A DNA stretch of 44,906 nt from Clostridia bacterium (GTDB lineage: Bacteria; Bacillota; Clostridia; UMGS1840). Shown here in pieces: positions 1-8,956 of the stretch. The position numbers were made by a program, and so were the translations under genes. The stretch is from contig JAZNNT010000153.1 of the NCBI GenBank assembly GCA_045580405.1, forward strand, positions 1 to 44,906, read 5' to 3'. The notes beneath the pieces were generated by a model, which worked only from the letters and a program-made list of their open reading frames with translations, did not search any database and was not told the origin of the DNA. The stretch's first letter is position 1, and each line of letters begins with the position of its first letter.

Positions 1-164
1 AGCGCTGCAACCACAGAGCTGTCCACGCCGCCGGAGAGTGCCAAAAGTACTTTCTTGTCACCTACCTGCTGCTTTACTTGAGCAATCTGTTCGGCAATGA
101 ATTTATCTGCCAGTTCTTTTGTGGTGATACGTTCCATCGTATCCGGTCTTTTGTTGGTATCCAT
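1..164 (-). CDS. guaA: GMP synthase-type PP-loop ATP pyrophosphatase domain protein, N-terminal fragment (continues past window edge)
   Basis: Reverse translation gives [54 protein letters not shown]. The [17 protein letters not shown] motif is the GuaA ATP-PPase signature. AGGAGG RBS lies 8 nt upstream of ATG 164-162. Confidence 0.6.
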   Translation of the reverse strand, partial: MDTNKRPDTMERITTKELADKFIAEQIAQVKQQVGDKKVLLALSGGVDSSVVAA

Positions 165-195
165 AATATCCCTCCTAAATGCTGATTATTTTTCT

Positions 196-224
196 ATTTT
201 AGCATAGTTTTTTTTGATTTTCAA
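196..224 (-). promoter_or_regulatory. sigma-A-like promoter for the guaA-like gene
   Basis: Minus strand reads TTGAAA, a 17-nt spacer, then TGc-TAAAAT (extended -10). Confidence 0.45.
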
Positions 225-254
225 GTAGTTATGCATAAGTTTCAAAATTTTTTT

Positions 255-290
255 TGAAAACGAAAAAGGACGGTATCGGTACCGTCCTTA
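255..290 (-). terminator. intrinsic terminator downstream of SEDS gene
   Basis: Minus strand hairpin AAGGACGGTA-ccga-TACCGTCCTT followed by TTTTCGTTTTC. Confidence 0.7.
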
Positions 291-393
291 TTTGGGTTCT
301 GAAATGATGAAAACGATGGCGGGAAAAGCTTGCAATCTGATGCACCCGAAGGGTGCCAGCGAAATGATTCTTGATTCTCTCCTTATGCCTCTT

Positions 394-1503
394 TTATAGG
401 AAGGATAAGTTTTTATTTTTCATTTTCACATTCAGCACAAGCCCTATGGCAATCAGATTGGTCACCATGGAGGAACCTCCGTAGCTTAAAAAGGGTAAGG
501 TAATCCCTGTTACGGGGGTTAAACCGATGGTCATGCCGATGTTTTCAAAGGACTGCACCAACAGCATGGTGCCAACGCCAATGGCGATGAAAGAGCCCAG
601 GTGATCTTTGGCTTTGGTGGCAATATAAAAACAACGGAACACAATAAAGCAAATAAGTCCTAAAATGAGCAAGGCTCCCAAAAAACCAAGTTCTTCGCAA
701 GCAACAGCAAAGATAAAATCCGTATGCTTGGCAGGAAGAAAGCTGTTTTGAGTTAAAATGCCGTTATAGAGACCCTGTCCGAAAACCTTTCCCGCTCCCA
801 CGGCAGTTTTGGACTGCATCACCTGATAGCCGGACATCTGGGCATCCAGCTCGGGATTTAAAAAAGTCAAAATACGGTTTTTCTGATATTCTTTAAATAC
901 AAAGAACCACAGAATGGGAATGGTGACTGCCACTGCCGCAAAAGCAGCGACAATATATTTCCAGCTGATTTTTGCCACAAAAATCATGGCTAAAAAAATG
1001 AAAACAAAAACCATGGTAGTTCCAAAGTCCGGCTGAAGCATAATGAGGGTGACCAATACGGCAATATGGGCTAAGGCACAAAGCACCACGGGAAGCTCGT
1101 TGATGCGGTCCTTGAATTTGTCCAACTGATACCCAAAGGACAAAATGAATCCGATTTTCACGATTTCCGCCGGCTGAATCCCAATGGGACCAAAGCGAAT
1201 CCAGCTGTTGCCCCCCACCTCTTCGGCACCGGTACCAATAAGCAGCACAAGTACCAATAAAAACACGTCAATGCCAATGATATAAAGGTATTTGGAGGCT
1301 AAAAATTCGTAGTCTAAAAATGCTAAAAACAAACAGCAGACAAGTCCCAGCAAAAAGGCACCGGTCTGAATAATCACCTGGCTGTTGCTCCCGAAGGAAG
1401 CGGTAGCTGAGGACACCAAAAAGATCCCGATTACACATAAGATGCAAACGGCACTGAGCAGCGGAATATCCAGATTTCTAAGCATTTGTTTTAATTTTTG
1501 CAT
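394..1503 (-). CDS. SEDS-family peptidoglycan glycosyltransferase (FtsW/RodA/SpoVE)
   Basis: 369-aa polytopic ORF. C-terminal ...TGITLPFLSYGGSS... is typical of the family. Confidence 0.9.
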   Translation of the reverse strand: MQKLKQMLRNLDIPLLSAVCILCVIGIFLVSSATASFGSNSQVIIQTGAFLLGLVCCLFLAFLDYEFLASKYLYIIGIDVFLLVLVLLIGTGAEEVGGNSWIRFGPIGIQPAEIVKIGFILSFGYQLDKFKDRINELPVVLCALAHIAVLVTLIMLQPDFGTTMVFVFIFLAMIFVAKISWKYIVAAFAAVAVTIPILWFFVFKEYQKNRILTFLNPELDAQMSGYQVMQSKTAVGAGKVFGQGLYNGILTQNSFLPAKHTDFIFAVACEELGFLGALLILGLICFIVFRCFYIATKAKDHLGSFIAIGVGTMLLVQSFENIGMTIGLTPVTGITLPFLSYGGSSMVTNLIAIGLVLNVKMKNKNLSFL

Positions 1504-1521
1504 AAAAATTCCTCAATTTGT

Positions 1522-2961
1522 TTATCGTTTCCAGGTTTTGCGGGCAAATAACACCAGCATGGGGAAGATTTCCAATCTGCCGGCAATCATCACAAAGGTT
1601 AACACCACGGTGGATAAAGGCGAATAGCCGGAAAAGTTCGCCGTGGGACCAACAGCGGAAAGTCCAGGTCCAATATTGCCTATGGTTGCCGCAACGGCGG
1701 TAAAGTTGGTAGTGAAATCAAAATTATCTAAACTGATGACTAAAAGTGCAACAGCAAAAATCAGAATATATGCGATAAAAAACACGGTGATGCTGCGAAG
1801 GGTTTCGTGCTCTAAGGGGCGTCCGTTTAGTTTTACCCTGGTGGTACATTTGGGATGCACCAGCACACGGATTTCTTTCAGGATGCTCTTAATCAGCACC
1901 AGCACACGGGACACCTTCAACCCGCCTCCGGTGGAACCTGCACAGGCACCCATAAACATTAAGGCAACCAAAATCATCTGAGAAAACTGGGGCCAAAGGT
2001 TAAAATCAGTGGTAGTATACCCTGTGGTGGTGATAATGGAAGAAACCTGAAAGGCACTGTGACGAAGGGATTCCTCGGTGATGCCCACAGAGGAAAAAGC
2101 GTTGAAGCATACGAGCAACGTTGCCGCCAGCACAATGAACAGATACGAACGAACCTCCTCCATAGAGATGGCAGTTTTGTAGCGCCGCATCAGAATGCAA
2201 TAGTAAAAGGTGAAATCCACCCCGAAGATAAACATAAAAACGGTAATCACCCACTGAATATAGGGAGAATAGGTGGCAATTCCCGAATTTAAGATGGAAA
2301 AACCGCCGGTACCGGCAGTTCCAAAGGTTAAAGTAAGGGCAGAAAACCAGTCCATCCCCGGGTCTGCCATCATCAAGCAAAACTGCAAAACGGTAAGACC
2401 TAAGTAAATGCTGTATAAAATTTTTGCGGTAGATTTTACGTGAGGCACCAATTTTCCAACCGAATGCCCCGGGCTTTCTGCACGGAGCAGATGAAGATTA
2501 TCCCCTCCGGACAAAGGCAACAACGCCACTAAAAACACAATTACCCCCATTCCGCCAATCCAATGCGTAAAGCTTCGCCAGAATAACAAGGATTTTGGCA
2601 ATGCCTCCACATCAGGCAAAATGGACGCACCTGTGGTGGTAAAGCCGGAGGCAGTTTCAAAGAGTGCATCAGTAAATAGGGGAATATGCCGGGACAAATA
2701 GAAAGGCAATGCCCCGAAAATACTTAGTAAAATCCAGGAAAGCGCCACAATGACAAAGCCTTCCTTGGCAAACATTGATTTCTCCTTGGGGCGAATCAGG
2801 GTGAGCGGAATCCCCACCAGCAAGCAAATTCCCATACAAATCAAAAAAATAAAAGGATTTTGTTCCGAAAAGCCCAATGCACAGAAAAAGGGCAAAAGCA
2901 TACAAATGCCTTCAAAATTAACCACCCAACCCAGGGTATGAAGAATCATTTTGTAGTTCAT
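1522..2961 (-). CDS. trkH: TrkH/KtrB-type K+ uptake membrane subunit
   Basis: 479-aa polytopic ORF with four pore-loop-like motifs: TTTGAS, GTAGTGGFS, TTTGYT and STGGGLK. Confidence 0.9.
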   Translation of the reverse strand: MNYKMILHTLGWVVNFEGICMLLPFFCALGFSEQNPFIFLICMGICLLVGIPLTLIRPKEKSMFAKEGFVIVALSWILLSIFGALPFYLSRHIPLFTDALFETASGFTTTGASILPDVEALPKSLLFWRSFTHWIGGMGVIVFLVALLPLSGGDNLHLLRAESPGHSVGKLVPHVKSTAKILYSIYLGLTVLQFCLMMADPGMDWFSALTLTFGTAGTGGFSILNSGIATYSPYIQWVITVFMFIFGVDFTFYYCILMRRYKTAISMEEVRSYLFIVLAATLLVCFNAFSSVGITEESLRHSAFQVSSIITTTGYTTTDFNLWPQFSQMILVALMFMGACAGSTGGGLKVSRVLVLIKSILKEIRVLVHPKCTTRVKLNGRPLEHETLRSITVFFIAYILIFAVALLVISLDNFDFTTNFTAVAATIGNIGPGLSAVGPTANFSGYSPLSTVVLTFVMIAGRLEIFPMLVLFARKTWKR

Positions 2962-2971
2962 AAAAATTCCT

Positions 2972-4330
2972 CTATCTCAAAATATCGCTGATATCAGTAA
3001 AGCCTTTATGGGAGGTCACCACAATCACGGTATCTCCCGGCAGCAGCATATCTTTTCCGCGGGGAGTGATAATGTCACCCTGCCGATTGATACATGCAAT
3101 TAAGATTTCGGGTTTTAAGGAAAGGGTTTCCAACGTCTGATGAATCACGGGAGCATTCTCTAAAATGTTGAACTCCAGAGCTTCTGCCTTGCCGTCTAAA
3201 ATTTCGTGCATGGTTTCAATATTGCTGCCGATGGAATTGTTTTTGGCACGAACAAATCGCAAAATATATTCTGCAGTAAGGTCCTTGGGATAGATAACCG
3301 TATCCAGCCCAAGATTACTGATTACCTCGTCATATGCGGTATGACTGATTTTAGTAACAATTTTTCCCCCAGTACGGGTTGTGGCATAAAGAGAAAGCAT
3401 TACATTTTCTTCATCCATATTGGTCAACGCCACAAAGGATTCGGCAGAATCAATGCCTTCCTCCAAAAGCAAACGGTTTTCGGTGCCGTCTCCGTGAATA
3501 ATGGTTGCTTTGGGTAAAATCGAGCAAAGCTCATCACAGCGAAGAGCATTCTGCTCCACAATTTTCACATCAATTCCAGCTTTTATAAGCAAATTGGAAA
3601 GATAAACCGCTGTTTCGCCGCCACCCACAATCATGGTGTTTTTGACCTTCCCGGTTTTTAAGCCGATTTTCTTGAAAAAGTGAGTGGCATCCCGCACGGT
3701 TCCCACAATGCTCACATAATCTCCTGCCTTTAACACGAAATCCCCGCCGGGAATAAAGGCTTCTTCTCCGCGCTCAACACCACAGATTAAAATACTGCAG
3801 CCCAGCTTCTGGGGAATGTCCATCAGCTGCAGCTCACATAAAGCAGAGGTGTCTGTAATCTTAAATTTTAAAATTTCCACTCTGCCCTTGGCAAACGTAT
3901 CAATCTGAACGGCAGAGGGAAAACGAAGCAGCCGCGCAATTTCCCGAGCGGCAATCAATTCAGGATTGATAATCATGGCAAGGCCCAAATCCTCACGAAA
4001 CAGTTGGATTTCCTGTTTATATTCCGGATTTCGCACACGGGCAATGGTATTGCAATGACTCAATTTCCGTGCAATCAAACAAGTCAGCAGATTCAACTCG
4101 TCCGAATCGGTCACGGCAATTAAAATGTCTGCCTGACGGATGCCTGCTGCCTCCAGCACCTCAATGCTTGCGCCGCTTCCCGTAATCCCCATCACATCGT
4201 AAGCATTTACGATGTCCGCCAAAACGAACTGTTTAAGGTCAATAACCGTGATGGAATGTTCGTTTTCCCGACTCAAGCGGTCCGCCAGCTTTTGACCGAC
4301 TTTTCCCAAACCTACAATAATAATATTCAT
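2972..4330 (-). CDS. trkA: TrkA K+ uptake NAD-binding peripheral subunit (two RCK domains)
   Basis: 452 aa. Rossmann motifs IIVGLGKVG and MIVGGGETA. Adjacent to trkH. Confidence 0.9.
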   Translation of the reverse strand: MNIIIVGLGKVGQKLADRLSRENEHSITVIDLKQFVLADIVNAYDVMGITGSGASIEVLEAAGIRQADILIAVTDSDELNLLTCLIARKLSHCNTIARVRNPEYKQEIQLFREDLGLAMIINPELIAAREIARLLRFPSAVQIDTFAKGRVEILKFKITDTSALCELQLMDIPQKLGCSILICGVERGEEAFIPGGDFVLKAGDYVSIVGTVRDATHFFKKIGLKTGKVKNTMIVGGGETAVYLSNLLIKAGIDVKIVEQNALRCDELCSILPKATIIHGDGTENRLLLEEGIDSAESFVALTNMDEENVMLSLYATTRTGGKIVTKISHTAYDEVISNLGLDTVIYPKDLTAEYILRFVRAKNNSIGSNIETMHEILDGKAEALEFNILENAPVIHQTLETLSLKPEILIACINRQGDIITPRGKDMLLPGDTVIVVTSHKGFTDISDILR

Positions 4331-4376
4331 ATATTCGCCTCTTTTTTAAGGTACTTTCCATACTATGTTACCCTAT

Positions 4377-4405
4377 ATTATAGCAAAACAAATTTTTAAA
4401 GTCAA
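4377..4405 (-). promoter_or_regulatory. sigma-A-like promoter of trkA-trkH
   Basis: Minus strand reads TTGACT, a 17-nt spacer, then TGc-TATAAT. Confidence 0.55.
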
Positions 4406-4441
4406 GAAATTCAGAAAATATCTTGAAATATCATATTTAAA

Positions 4442-4479
4442 GAAAAAAAAGGGCAATCATCCCAAGGGGTGATTGTCCT
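4442..4479 (-). terminator. intrinsic terminator after symporter gene
   Basis: Minus strand hairpin GGACAATCA-ccccttggga-TGATTGCCC followed by T8. Confidence 0.75.
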
Positions 4480-4504
4480 TTTTTCATGCTGTGCCGAAGG
4501 TATT

Positions 4505-6019
4505 TTACAGGTCTTTTTCCATTTCCTCCTGTATATCGGGGAATACAGACAGCATAGGCTTTACATCCTTGCCTTTTAACCGTCTGTCCACATAGTTTCT
4601 GGTAATTTTAATAACCAATCCGGATAATGCCAGTACACCAATTAAGTTGGGCACCATCATTAAGCCGTTGAAGGTGTCGGAAATATCCCAGGCTAAGGAA
4701 GAGGTGAGCAGGGCACCTGCCATAATGGTTGCCAAGTGCAGCAGCTTATAAATCAGTTTGGTTTTTTCACCAAACAAGTATTCCCAGGCTTTGGTGCCGT
4801 AGTGATCCCAACCTAACACGGTGGTGAATGCAAACAGCAGAATCGCGATGGCGATAAACTGTTCCCCAACCACGCCAAACACGCCTGAAAAAGCTTTTGC
4901 CACTAAGGTTGCATCAGTAGCACCGGCTGCTAAGGCACCGGTATCTAAGTTAATCATACCGGAGGTTAATACCACCAATGCGGTCATGGTACAAACAATC
5001 ATGGTATCTGCAAACACTTCAAAAATACCCCACAGGCCCTGACGTACAGGTTCCTTTACGTTGGAGTTACTATGCACCATTACAGAAGAACCAAGACCTG
5101 CTTCATTGGAAAATACACCACGTTTACAGCCCTGGGTTACAATATCCTTCACCACAATACCGCCAACACCGCCCAATGCTGCAGGCACAGTGAATGCATA
5201 GCGGAAAATAGAAGCGAATGCAGCACCGATGAGCTGATAGTGGCAAGCAATTATCACAATACTGCCGCCCACAAATAAAACCACCATAAAGGGAACCACT
5301 TTTTCTGCAAATGCAGCAATTCTCTTTAAACCGCCGATGATAATTAACGCAGCAATTACCAAAAGGACAATACCGACAATCAGGTGATAAACGGAAACAC
5401 CGGGATAAAGCAACTGAGAGGATAACGCAGGAATATCAAATGCAGAAACCATATTAACAACAATTTTGTTGATCTGCCCCATAGCCCCAATCCCGAAGGA
5501 TGCCAAAATGGCGAAGATACAGAATAAAATTGCCAAGATTTTACCAAGCCATTTGCAACCCTTCATTTTGCCAAGACCGTCTTCTAAGTAGTACATGGCA
5601 CCGCCGGACCATTCGCCTTCTTTGTTTTTTCTGCGGAAGAAAATCCCCAGCACGTTTTCGGAATAGTTGGTCATCATACCGAAGAATGCTGCAATCCACA
5701 TCCAGAACACTGCTCCGGGACCCCCTGCAACAATCGCAGTGGCAACCCCTGCAATGTTACCAACACCAATGGTGGCAGCCAAAGCGGTACAAAGTGCCTG
5801 GAACTGAGAAATAGATTTTCCCTTTACCTTTCCGGAAACGTCCTTTGTAAACAGTTTTCCTAAGGTTTCGGAAAACCAGTGTTTGATATGAGTAATCTGA
5901 AACACACCGGTAATTACGGTGGTTACAATACCGGTGAGAAGCAGAAGATACAATCCTTTGCCCCAGACGAAGCTGTTAATTTCGCCGTTTAACCAAGTAA
6001 GCCAATTGAAAAAATCCAT
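4505..6019 (-). CDS. alanine/glycine:cation symporter (AGCS family)
   Basis: Polytopic ORF with AGCS-typical ...ALAATIGVGNIAGVATAIVAGGPGAVFWMW.... Start set at ATG 6019 (MDFFNWL, GGAAGG RBS). The longer track ORF (to 6175) runs through the riboswitch terminator. Confidence 0.85.
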   Translation of the reverse strand: MDFFNWLTWLNGEINSFVWGKGLYLLLLTGIVTTVITGVFQITHIKHWFSETLGKLFTKDVSGKVKGKSISQFQALCTALAATIGVGNIAGVATAIVAGGPGAVFWMWIAAFFGMMTNYSENVLGIFFRRKNKEGEWSGGAMYYLEDGLGKMKGCKWLGKILAILFCIFAILASFGIGAMGQINKIVVNMVSAFDIPALSSQLLYPGVSVYHLIVGIVLLVIAALIIIGGLKRIAAFAEKVVPFMVVLFVGGSIVIIACHYQLIGAAFASIFRYAFTVPAALGGVGGIVVKDIVTQGCKRGVFSNEAGLGSSVMVHSNSNVKEPVRQGLWGIFEVFADTMIVCTMTALVVLTSGMINLDTGALAAGATDATLVAKAFSGVFGVVGEQFIAIAILLFAFTTVLGWDHYGTKAWEYLFGEKTKLIYKLLHLATIMAGALLTSSLAWDISDTFNGLMMVPNLIGVLALSGLVIKITRNYVDRRLKGKDVKPMLSVFPDIQEEMEKDL

Positions 6020-6054
6020 ATTTTTCCCTTCCTTTTTCACAAAATAATAAAAAA

Positions 6055-6097
6055 ATATATAAAAAAACGGAGTCTTTATGACATCATAAAAACTCCG
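6055..6097 (-). terminator. intrinsic terminator forming the glycine riboswitch expression platform
   Basis: Minus strand hairpin CGGAGTTTTTATGA-tg-TCATAAAGACTCCG followed by T7. Confidence 0.75.
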
Positions 6098-6138
6098 AAT
6101 TGGTCGATATAACTCGCCTAAGTCACCAAAAAATGACT

Positions 6139-6322
6139 GTTTCTCCGTCCTTTTGCCTGAGAGATTAGCCCACATGGGGCTTTACACCTTCGGCATCCTT
6201 GATCTTTTCCTTTTTTATTTGGGAAAAGGGACTTCTCCGGAGCGCTATCCGTTTGCAGTCTCTGCTAAAAGCGCCTGAGAGCATTACTCCTTCGGCAAGG
6301 CATTCGCCTTTCTCCTGCATCC
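6139..6322 (-). promoter_or_regulatory. tandem glycine riboswitch (two aptamers)
   Basis: Aptamer 1 (minus strand): GGAGAAAGG...GCCGAAGGAGTAA...CTCTCAGGC. Aptamer 2: CTCCGGAGAAG...GATGCCGAAGGTGTAA...AATCTCTCAGGCAAAAGGACGGAG. These match the conserved GGAGA / CCGAAGG.G.AA / CUCUCAGGCAAAAGGAC cores. It lies upstream of an AGCS symporter, a classic genetic context. Confidence 0.85.
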
Positions 6323-6355
6323 TTCACTTAGCACAATATGCATTTGTCTTTGGGC

Positions 6356-6384
6356 ATTATAAACCTTTTTTTGCAGTTTGTCAA
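6356..6384 (-). promoter_or_regulatory. consensus sigma-A promoter driving riboswitch and symporter
   Basis: Minus strand reads TTGACA, a 17-nt spacer, then TATAAT. Confidence 0.7.
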
Positions 6385-6426
6385 CCCTTTTATGACAAAA
6401 TTTTAACGATTTTTATTTTTTTCTTC

Positions 6427-7290
6427 TTACTCTTTGGTTAATTCCTTGATTTCCTGGGAATCCTGCTCGTCATGAACCACTGCCTGACGGATGATTTTCA
6501 CGTCTTTTTTATGGTAAGTGCCAACTGCCTCCGTGTCGGAAGAAACGGCACGAAGCATCCCGGTGATTACATTCACATCAATGACGGTACCTTCACCGCC
6601 ACCGGGTAATTTTACGATGGAGCCGTGACGGGGAGTATCTTTCCACATATCCTCATAGGAGGACTGCTCATAGTTTAAGCAACACATCAGCCTTCCGCAG
6701 GCACCGGAAATTTTGGTAGGATTTAAGGATAAGTTCTGGTCCTTTGCCATTTTAATGGAAACAGGCTTAAATTCACATAAGAAGGTGGAGCAACAGCACT
6801 GCCGTCCGCAGGGGCCAAAGCACTTTAACATTTTAGCTTCGTCACGCACACCAATCTGGCGCAATTCGATACGGGTACGGAACACGCTGGCTAAATCTTT
6901 TACCAGCTCACGGAAATCCACTCTGCCGTCTGCGGAGAAATAGAAGAGAACCTTGCTTCGGTCAAAGGTGTATTCTACCTCCAGAAGATTCATCTGAAGA
7001 CCGTGTTTTTTAATTTTTTCCTCGGCAATGCCAAAGGCTTTCTGCTCTTTTTCCTTATTTTCCGCCAGTTGCTTGGCATCCTCTTCGGTGGCAATCCGGA
7101 TCACAGGTTTTAAGGGAGGAACCAAGTCCTCTTCAGGTACCATAGAATTTCCTCGGACAACTTTTCCGTATTCCAAACCGCGGGCAGTTTCCACGATGAC
7201 CGAATCCTCCGCTGTTACGGTAAGACCGTTTGGGTCAAAGTAGTAGACCTTGCCGAAATCTTTAAATTTTACACTGATTACTTCTATCAT
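6427..7290 (-). CDS. ricT: PSP1-domain protein RicT (YaaT)
   Basis: 287 aa with a Cys-rich PSP1 core (CGRQCCCSTF...CGRLMCCLNYE). Conserved holB-yaaT synteny. Confidence 0.85.
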   Translation of the reverse strand: MIEVISVKFKDFGKVYYFDPNGLTVTAEDSVIVETARGLEYGKVVRGNSMVPEEDLVPPLKPVIRIATEEDAKQLAENKEKEQKAFGIAEEKIKKHGLQMNLLEVEYTFDRSKVLFYFSADGRVDFRELVKDLASVFRTRIELRQIGVRDEAKMLKCFGPCGRQCCCSTFLCEFKPVSIKMAKDQNLSLNPTKISGACGRLMCCLNYEQSSYEDMWKDTPRHGSIVKLPGGGEGTVIDVNVITGMLRAVSSDTEAVGTYHKKDVKIIRQAVVHDEQDSQEIKELTKE

Positions 7291-7293
7291 AGA

Positions 7294-8247
7294 TTAATAA
7301 ATCCTTTCTTCGTTCAGATGGGCTTTCATCGAAAGCAATGCTCCCAGCACAGAAATGGCATAATTGCCGTTTTGATTAAGAGCCTTTGCCAGACCCGTGA
7401 TATCTTCATATAAAGCGGAAGCTTCTGCCAAACTGATTTTTGGCGTTTCCTCCCAGTCGGTATTTTTGCGGAGGGATTGATCCTCCAGGGAAGCATCATA
7501 GACCAGACTGGCAAAAATATCCAGCACTCGTAAGGCTTCCTTTTCGTAAGTGTGAAAATCACGATACAGGCGCACCACATCCTTGGCAGTACGGTGTTTT
7601 AAAAGCAGTCCCCCATCCCGCAAAACGGTTTGACGCATGGTTTGGTAGTCCTCTGACCCTGCAAGTGCCATCGCTTCGGTCAAAGACCCTTTGGAAAGCG
7701 TCAGAATTTCCTCGGTGGGAGCGGGTAACTGATGCTTCTTAAAATATTCTTTTAATTCTTTGGGAGTAAGCTCAGGGCAACGGATTTTTACTCCACGGGA
7801 CAAAATGGTGGGAAGAAGTCCCCCAAGGGAATTGGTCACCAATAAGATAATCGCATACTGCGGCGGCTCCTCAAACACTTTTAAAAGTGCATTCTGAGCA
7901 CCTGTAGTCATTTTTTCAGCATCTTTTATGAGATAAATTTTCTTTTGAAAATGAAACGGTTTTAAATAAATTTCAGTAGTCAATTCCCGAATCTGATTCA
8001 CCGAAATAGAGCGATCCCCCTCTAATATGTGAATATCCGAGGTGGAAAAAAACTGCTTGCAGGCAGAACAAACTCCGCATCCCGTGTGGTATTCGCAAAC
8101 AATGGCCTTGGCAAATTCCAGCGCCAGAGTGGTTTTGCCCACACCGTCGATGCCGTGAAAAATATATGCATGGCTCAGCTTTCCCGTTTGGATTGCATTT
8201 TGCAACAGCCTTTTGGGAAGCGTTTGCCCTAAAACCCCATCAAACAT
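7294..8247 (-). CDS. holB: DNA polymerase III delta-prime subunit
   Basis: 317 aa. P-loop-like GIDGVGKTT, Zn module CGVCSACKQF and SRG/SRC-type sensor TILSRG. Confidence 0.85.
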   Translation of the reverse strand: MFDGVLGQTLPKRLLQNAIQTGKLSHAYIFHGIDGVGKTTLALEFAKAIVCEYHTGCGVCSACKQFFSTSDIHILEGDRSISVNQIRELTTEIYLKPFHFQKKIYLIKDAEKMTTGAQNALLKVFEEPPQYAIILLVTNSLGGLLPTILSRGVKIRCPELTPKELKEYFKKHQLPAPTEEILTLSKGSLTEAMALAGSEDYQTMRQTVLRDGGLLLKHRTAKDVVRLYRDFHTYEKEALRVLDIFASLVYDASLEDQSLRKNTDWEETPKISLAEASALYEDITGLAKALNQNGNYAISVLGALLSMKAHLNEERIY

Positions 8248-8258
8248 TTTCTTTTAAT

Positions 8259-8364
8259 CCTCGTCTTTCTTAAGGTAATCGAAATTCTGATGTGTTCGTC
8301 TCTCTTAAAAACAGCTCTTCCAAAAGAATTTTGATCCTCGTCTTTCTTAGGATAATCGAAATTC
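8259..8364 (-). repeat. two direct copies of a 29-nt repeat (diverged tail module of the 3'-end repeat family)
   Basis: Plus strand CCTCGTCTTTCTTAAGGTAATCGAAATTC (8259-8287) and CCTCGTCTTTCTTAGGATAATCGAAATTC (8336-8364). Confidence 0.8.
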
Positions 8365-8369
8365 CGAAA

Positions 8370-8466
8370 ACACCTCATCCGTCAAAACCTACTGTTTTGC
8401 CACCTTCCCCTCAAGGGGAAGGCAAAAAAGTGTTGCTTTTTTGCGGTCTGTGTGCTTTTACAAGCC
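8370..8466 (-). repeat. stop-abutting head motif, A/T hairpin, then solo copy of the DUF559-cassette 5' terminus (variant)
   Basis: Minus strand: GGCTTGTAAAAGCACACAGACCGCAAAAAAGCAACAC, then GCCTTCCCC-ttga-GGGGAAGG, CAAAAC-agta-GGTTTTG, ACGGATGAGGTGT. GGCTTGTAA encodes the last two codons and the stop of ybeY. Confidence 0.8.
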
Positions 8467-8946
8467 GTCGGCAACCTTCGAGAGAATCTCTTTCTCTCTT
8501 TCTCTCATCACTTCTTTATCTTCGTCCACCATATGGTCATAACCAAACAGATGGAGTAAGCCGTGAAGGGTTAAATAACATAATTCCCGCTGGTAGGTAT
8601 GTCCGTATTCTTCTGCTTGCGAAACGATTTTCTCATGGGAAAGCATTAAGTCACCAAGCACCACCAGTCCCGTTTCGGGGTCATAGTCGTATTCCTGCAA
8701 CGCTTCCGAAAGCACTTCGGGTTCCTTGTAAAACAGCATGGGAAACGACAGCACATCGGTGGGTTTATCAATGTCTCTTTGCTCACGGTTAATCTGACGG
8801 ATGGTTTCATTATCCGTCACCGTGACGGTTAAAAGCACCTGAAATTCCGGATTTAAAATATCCAGACACCGATTTAAAAAGGCGGTCAGTTCTTCCTCTT
8901 GGGAGAACACATCCTCCACTTCGTTATAAAACTCTATTTTATGCAT
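8458..8946 (-). CDS. ybeY: rRNA maturation endoribonuclease YbeY
   Basis: Zn motif HGLLHLFGYDH. Start moved to ATG 8946 (MHKIEF...) because the longer ORF overlaps the degV stop. Confidence 0.9.
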   Translation of the reverse strand: MHKIEFYNEVEDVFSQEEELTAFLNRCLDILNPEFQVLLTVTVTDNETIRQINREQRDIDKPTDVLSFPMLFYKEPEVLSEALQEYDYDPETGLVVLGDLMLSHEKIVSQAEEYGHTYQRELCYLTLHGLLHLFGYDHMVDEDKEVMREREKEILSKVADGL

Positions 8947-8956
8947 GGTAAACCTC

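Noticed and set aside
165-260. Purine riboswitch upstream of the guaA-like gene.
   Set aside because: The promoter-to-ATG distance is only about 30 nt, and no purine aptamer core is present.
4505-6175. Full 556-aa version of the symporter ORF.
   Set aside because: The first 52 codons overlap the riboswitch terminator and aptamer 2. An internal ATG at 6019 has an RBS and a family-typical N-terminus.
8292-8792. 166-aa plus-strand ORF spanning the repeat spacer and running antisense to ybeY.
   Set aside because: It is antisense to a well-supported ybeY gene. Its N-terminal half is repeat sequence, and it has low-complexity P/S/R composition and no RBS.
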